This document shows positions 59,133 to 64,000 of a stretch of 64,000 nucleotides of DNA, one piece after another. Each line of letters opens with the position of its first letter. Position 1 is the first letter of the stretch. The position numbers and the translations under genes were made by a program. The DNA comes from an uncultured virus (IMG/VR IMGVR_UViG_3300037067_001693) (taxonomy: Duplodnaviria; Heunggongvirae; Uroviricota; Caudoviricetes), in IMG/VR virus record IMGVR_UViG_3300037067_001693; one strand, given 5' to 3'. The notes under the pieces were generated by a model. That model was not told the DNA's origin. It made no database searches and worked only from the letters and a program-made list of their open reading frames with translations.

Positions 59133-59693
59133 ATGAATAAACTTATTTTTGGTGATACAATTTATGCTGGTTTAATAACCAATCCTGTTGGACAGGAATC
59201 TATTTCCATTGGTAGTAAATGGGAGTGGGAAATTTTTAGAAATGGAAAGCTAATTGATCATGAAGTTTCCTTCAACAAAGTAGTTAATGAAGGGCTTGAT
59301 TTCATGCTTAATGTTATGTTTAACGGAACAGCAGCAAAAGCAACGTGGTATTGTGCTATCTTTGAAGATGATTATACACCACTTGCTGCTAATATTTATG
59401 CAACTCCTGGTTATGCAGAGTGTACTGCGTATGGTGAAGCTACTAGACCTGAGTATGTTGAAGCAGCGTCTACTGCTAGATCAACATCAAATACTGCATC
59501 AAAAGCAGTTTTTACAATGAATAATACTAAGACTGTTTACGGTGGGTCACTTGTTTCAAGTAATGTTAAAGGTGATACCGCTGCAGGTGGTGCAGTATTG
59601 TTTTGTTCAAGTAAATTAGCAGCTTCAAAGTCTGTTGTTAGTGGTGATATTATTAATTTAACTATTACTATAACGGTATCTTCTACGACCTAA
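59133..59693 (+). CDS. virion structural protein
   Basis: NKVVNEGL..ML...WY pattern of tail-associated proteins. Confidence 0.6.
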   Translation: MNKLIFGDTIYAGLITNPVGQESISIGSKWEWEIFRNGKLIDHEVSFNKVVNEGLDFMLNVMFNGTAAKATWYCAIFEDDYTPLAANIYATPGYAECTAYGEATRPEYVEAASTARSTSNTASKAVFTMNNTKTVYGGSLVSSNVKGDTAAGGAVLFCSSKLAASKSVVSGDIINLTITITVSSTT

Positions 59694-59703
59694 GGATAGG
59701 TAG

Positions 59704-60948
59704 ATGGCAACAGGTACATTTAAAGTAGTAGCAGCAAGTGATAATGCATATACTGCTCAGGGATTTGATACCTATACTTCTGGTTCTTTTGTAAGAGTTG
59801 GGAATAATCAGTATCCTAATGAGGGTTATCTTAGATTTCCGTCTGTTACTATTCCAAGTGGGTCAACTATTACATCTGCGAAGATTACGTTATATGCGCG
59901 TGATAACTTTGCAGATGGAGTAGGTACTTATTTAAAGATCAGAGGGAATGATGTAAGTACAGCTGTTGCTCCTGTTAGTTATGCAGAATATATGGCATTA
60001 GCGCTTACTACTGCATCTATTGACTGGGACCCAGGTAATTGGACATTAGATACGGCATATGATTCTGGTGATATAACAACAATCATTCAGGAGATAATAG
60101 ATGGAGGTAGTTGGGCATCTGGAAATGCAATAGCTATATTATTAAAAGATGATACCAGTACTCAGTACATTATAAGAGATGGTTATGGTATCGGTGATGG
60201 AATTGCTGCTAAATATCCTGCTCTTTATGTTGAATGGACACCTCCTGTTATTTATGCAGATATAACAGAGACGTTAACAGTTACTGAAACTCCTGTTGAT
60301 AATCTTCCTGTTATCACAGAAACAGTAACTTTAACTACAAGTGATCTTGGAACACAAACAACATATACAACTACTTTAACTGATACTTTAACAGTTACAG
60401 AAGTTCTTGCAGCACCAAAAGCACATGAAGCGGCCATTACAGAGACGATAATTGCAACAGATGCAGATATTGGTAATCTATCTGTTTTGATTCATGATAC
60501 TTTAAATGTTGGGGATAGTATATCTGCAGTTGTATCATATATCAATACAAGGATCGCTTACTTAGCACTTCCTGCTTTAACCTTAGAAAGTAAAGGAAGT
60601 GAAAAGGGAAATTTTAGTAAGAGTTTAAAAGCACTTACTGTTATTGCAAGTACTGGTGCTGCACTAGATGTAAGTCTACCATTTTTTGAACTTAGTACTA
60701 CAGCGCACAGAAATATTACTACAGAGTTAAGTAGAATACTTCCTCACTTTACTATTAGCGCAACTGGATTGGCTGGTTTAATAGGTGATTTAAGCGCAAG
60801 AACAGGAATAATAACATCATCCGGTACTACACATGACAGTGGTACTAATAGTTTAAGTGTAAGCATGGCAGTAATGATAGCATCTATCAGTGCGCATAAC
60901 GCAGGAAGATTTACAAACTACACTCTTCAGTACACAAGGTCTACTTAA
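59704..60948 (+). CDS. virion protein with DNRLRE-like domain and Thr-rich repeats
   Basis: LRFPSVTIPSGSTITSAK; repeated (I/L)T(E/D)TLTVTE. Confidence 0.55.
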   Translation: MATGTFKVVAASDNAYTAQGFDTYTSGSFVRVGNNQYPNEGYLRFPSVTIPSGSTITSAKITLYARDNFADGVGTYLKIRGNDVSTAVAPVSYAEYMALALTTASIDWDPGNWTLDTAYDSGDITTIIQEIIDGGSWASGNAIAILLKDDTSTQYIIRDGYGIGDGIAAKYPALYVEWTPPVIYADITETLTVTETPVDNLPVITETVTLTTSDLGTQTTYTTTLTDTLTVTEVLAAPKAHEAAITETIIATDADIGNLSVLIHDTLNVGDSISAVVSYINTRIAYLALPALTLESKGSEKGNFSKSLKALTVIASTGAALDVSLPFFELSTTAHRNITTELSRILPHFTISATGLAGLIGDLSARTGIITSSGTTHDSGTNSLSVSMAVMIASISAHNAGRFTNYTLQYTRST

Positions 60949-62586
60949 ATGACAGATACTGTTAACTTTAGATTGCACGGAGATACTGAGAAAGCTAAAG
61001 GACTTAGATACTTTGGTACTAAGTTACTGTCTACTCTGCAGAACTCTATGAAATTTAACAACCTGAAACAAGGAAGGATTGAAAGGTGTCTTGAAGATGG
61101 AAGTGTGGTAGTTTGTAGGTCTATTTTTGGTACTTCTGTTGTTGATCTTTTTTCTCCTGTTTTTGTTACTCCTGTGAAAGAAAAAGTATTAGTAAAAACA
61201 GAAGAAATATATGATGTTTATTATGTTGTTTGCTATAAAGACGAAACAGATATATGGCAGTATTCTTTTTTGGATTTTAATAAGAATATTGTATCTACTA
61301 TTTCAGAAGATATGTTGGGTAAACATCCATTAGTATTTTGTAGTGGCTTTGAATTACAAATAGGAGATTTAATTTATATGCACCCTGGAAAGTTATACAA
61401 TCCTTTAACAGGGGTGTTTTTAGATAAAGAATTAGGAGAAGGCATTGATTATGCGCTTGTCGAAAATGATATTCTTTATTGTTATAGTTCAGGGGAAGGT
61501 ATAAAAAGTATTAAGCCTGTTTTGGAAGAAGGAACTTATATCTTTGAAGAAACTAGTGTAACTGTATTAGGAACTGGTGGAATGGAGGAGAATATATTCT
61601 TTCTTAATACAACTGCTGTTTATGAAAGTCCTGAGTATGAAGCGTATTTAATTAAACTTGCTGAATGGCAGGCAGGCGAAGCATCTGCGCGTAATGCACT
61701 AGATCTTAGAACGTATTTTATTATGATAGCAGGTATCTACCCAGATCCTGGTACAATAACGTATTACGGAGATTATAGTGGAGGTAATGCAGAGAGTAGT
61801 CACATGCCTGGTATCGGTGCTAGCTATTCCACTATTGTACCTTGTGATTCACCAGCTCCTGGAAAGACATGTGGTTATATTTCGTTTAGTGATTATGGTT
61901 TTGGTGATGATAGTACAGGTGCTTTTTTTACTGTCTCTTATTATAATTATGGAAGTCCTACCACACAAACAAAAGTTTATTACTACGGTCCTCGTCCTGC
62001 TTCTGTAGCACCGGGAGGAGTATATAAAACTATCCAAGAAATAAATAAATATAATGGGATACTTGGGGAGAAGAAGGCAGGACGTTCTATTGCGGCACCA
62101 CCAAGTAATATCTTAGAAGAATGGATAACACCTACTACTGGTAATTACCAAGAGTGGTATACTGGCAATTTTCCTTATTGGTTTACTATAACTTTTCCTT
62201 TTGGAAGTTTTAGTGATGGTAGTTCAAATCAAGAATTACGAACATCTGAATCGTTAAGTGTGCGATATTCTCCTCTTGGTACTTGTTGCTATTATCGTAA
62301 TCATATGATTATGGGTAATGAGAATTATTATGTTTATACGTTTGATGGAAGTATTATTGAAGATTTATATGTACTTCCTGTTATTAATTCAGAATGGAAG
62401 GGCATAATAGATCAATCTATACTTCTATTAAGTAATGATACTGATTACTATTGTTGGTATAATGGAGATTTTTTTCATAAAGAAGAATTATATTCCTTAT
62501 TTAATGTTCCCAGTACAGCAAAAGAAATTCGTAGTATATTTTATATACCTAATATCAATAACGATACTACAATAGTGAATTTATAG
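60949..62586 (+). CDS. virion/tail protein
   Basis: 545-aa ORF in the structural operon. Confidence 0.55.
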   Translation: MTDTVNFRLHGDTEKAKGLRYFGTKLLSTLQNSMKFNNLKQGRIERCLEDGSVVVCRSIFGTSVVDLFSPVFVTPVKEKVLVKTEEIYDVYYVVCYKDETDIWQYSFLDFNKNIVSTISEDMLGKHPLVFCSGFELQIGDLIYMHPGKLYNPLTGVFLDKELGEGIDYALVENDILYCYSSGEGIKSIKPVLEEGTYIFEETSVTVLGTGGMEENIFFLNTTAVYESPEYEAYLIKLAEWQAGEASARNALDLRTYFIMIAGIYPDPGTITYYGDYSGGNAESSHMPGIGASYSTIVPCDSPAPGKTCGYISFSDYGFGDDSTGAFFTVSYYNYGSPTTQTKVYYYGPRPASVAPGGVYKTIQEINKYNGILGEKKAGRSIAAPPSNILEEWITPTTGNYQEWYTGNFPYWFTITFPFGSFSDGSSNQELRTSESLSVRYSPLGTCCYYRNHMIMGNENYYVYTFDGSIIEDLYVLPVINSEWKGIIDQSILLLSNDTDYYCWYNGDFFHKEELYSLFNVPSTAKEIRSIFYIPNINNDTTIVNL

Positions 62587-62594
62587 GAATCAAA

Positions 62595-63131
62595 ATGTCA
62601 TCTTTAGGAATCAGATTAAACACAAAAAATATAGGTATTTCGCAATATGCAGATCTTACTATAAATAGTCTCTGCTGTTTTAATGGTGTATTGCTTGCGG
62701 GAACAACAAGTGGAATACTGAAGCAATCTGGAAACAGTGATAATACGAGTACAGATATTCTTGCTTTTTTCCAGACTCCTTCAGTAGATTTAGAAAGTAA
62801 TCATAATAAGGTTATTAGGTATATAGATATTGATGGTGATACTGAGGGTGATATTGACATAGCGGCAGTTTATGATAATGATAAAGTAACTGCAAAAAGA
62901 CTCGATTCTTTAGGTGTACTTGATCAAAAAACCACTAGAATTTATACTAATCATGAAAACTATGGTAGGTCTGTTGGTGTAGAAGTAAGAAATGTAAATG
63001 GAAGTGACTTTACCATTGATTCTATTGATTGTTTGGTTAAAGTATATAAGGTAACAAAGATAACAACAGCTACTCTTGGTAGAGCCAAATTAACGCTATC
63101 TGCACTTACAATAAGTGCGACATCTGTTTAG
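62595..63131 (+). CDS. virion/tail protein
   Basis: ORF in the structural operon. Confidence 0.55.
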   Translation: MSSLGIRLNTKNIGISQYADLTINSLCCFNGVLLAGTTSGILKQSGNSDNTSTDILAFFQTPSVDLESNHNKVIRYIDIDGDTEGDIDIAAVYDNDKVTAKRLDSLGVLDQKTTRIYTNHENYGRSVGVEVRNVNGSDFTIDSIDCLVKVYKVTKITTATLGRAKLTLSALTISATSV

Positions 63132-63142
63132 GAGGCATTAAT

Positions 63143-64000
63143 ATGTCGGGCGAATTAAACACTATTTTGTCTGTTGCTAGTAGTAATGTTGCAGGCGGAG
63201 GAAACACTGCAATAACATTAGTAAACGAAAAATATGATCAGATGGTTATCTATGCGAACGATGCGTGGATAAGAGTATACGCTTTACTTGATGCACTTAG
63301 AGTTCTTGTTACATCGCCATCTTTTCCTACTGTTGATATTGAGTATGAAAATGTAGATGTTAATCTTAACTATGATTTAGTGGATAGACCATCCCCTCCG
63401 TCTGATAGTGATCTACAATTTAACGAACCCGCAAGACCTGTTTTAGGTAGTATGTTGGAAATGCCTACTTTTTACTTACCAGGAACATCTATTGCAGTCG
63501 CTAAAGATTTATTTATACAGAGAGTTAATGAAAGACTTCTTAATGGATCGACAGGTCTTGATACTACTGTTGAACAAGCTATTTGGGATAGAGCAAGATC
63601 ACGACAAGAATTAGTAAACCAAAAACTTTATACTGAAACAGAGACATACTTTTCTTCTCGTGGATTTAATCTTCCTAATGGAGCAATGTCCGGCAGATTG
63701 AATGAAATAGCGATAGAAATAGTAAGGAATGATAGTTATCTTAATACAGATATTCTAACAGAACAGGCTAAACTTGCCCAGGCAAATGAGCAATTTATGT
63801 TAAAAGAAGCATTTGCTAATGTACTTAATACTGAAAATATGTATGCAGAAAATATTCTTAGAACTAATAAGAACACAACAGATGTTTTTATCGCAAAGGT
63901 AGAGGAGTATAAAAATGCTATCTATGGTCAAGTTGCCAGAATAGAGAATGTTGTTAAAGTCTATGTAACTAAAATTGAAGCTTATAAAGCTGATATAACT
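63143..64000 (+). CDS. virion protein, runs off the right edge (absent from the ORF track)
   Basis: RBS AGGAGG, ATG 63143, frame open to the window end; EQAIWDRAR...SRGFNLPNG. Confidence 0.65.
   Translation, partial: MSGELNTILSVASSNVAGGGNTAITLVNEKYDQMVIYANDAWIRVYALLDALRVLVTSPSFPTVDIEYENVDVNLNYDLVDRPSPPSDSDLQFNEPARPVLGSMLEMPTFYLPGTSIAVAKDLFIQRVNERLLNGSTGLDTTVEQAIWDRARSRQELVNQKLYTETETYFSSRGFNLPNGAMSGRLNEIAIEIVRNDSYLNTDILTEQAKLAQANEQFMLKEAFANVLNTENMYAENILRTNKNTTDVFIAKVEEYKNAIYGQVARIENVVKVYVTKIEAYKADIT

Noticed and set aside
1476..62037. Many short antisense or overlapping ORFs in the six-frame track
   Set aside because: They are shadows of longer genes with RBSs and recognisable motifs
1..64000. 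Stop-codon reassignment, integrase/prophage boundaries, N4-type virion RNA polymerase
   Set aside because: Core genes are intact in the standard code; no integrase, host genes or RNA polymerase motifs were seen in this window

Overview
The window is most of a tailed dsDNA phage genome, opened inside its virion module. The N4-gp56-type major capsid protein and P22-like portal suggest a podovirus-like phage, and the host is probably Gram-negative. Plus strand 1-10.5 kb holds the end of the virion/tail-fibre genes and a lysis cassette. Minus strand 10.5-41.4 kb holds early and replication genes: DUF3987 helicase-like protein, UDG-fused family A DNA polymerase, ParB-methyltransferase, Sak4-like ATPase with an intein, PD-(D/E)XK exonuclease, Ro60/TROVE, PurA-like plus vWA proteins, HNH-AP2 and tRNA-Pro. 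Plus strand 42.4-64 kb holds TerS, intein-containing TerL, portal, scaffold, capsid and head/tail proteins. The most striking content is non-coding. (i) Directly upstream of the Ro60 gene is an array of five covarying Y-RNA-like modules, two of them circularly permuted and grafted into the anticodon arm of otherwise canonical tRNA bodies. (ii) A second family of tRNA-like RNAs has 8-nt T-loops and expanded anticodon regions, each closed by long stems. (iii) A 17-29 bp palindrome (CGTCCA-N5-TGGACG) occurs about 15 times across the genome. (iv) A 58-bp inverted repeat around a T-tract is a candidate origin. All calls come from reading the sequence and recognising motifs; no database searches were run.
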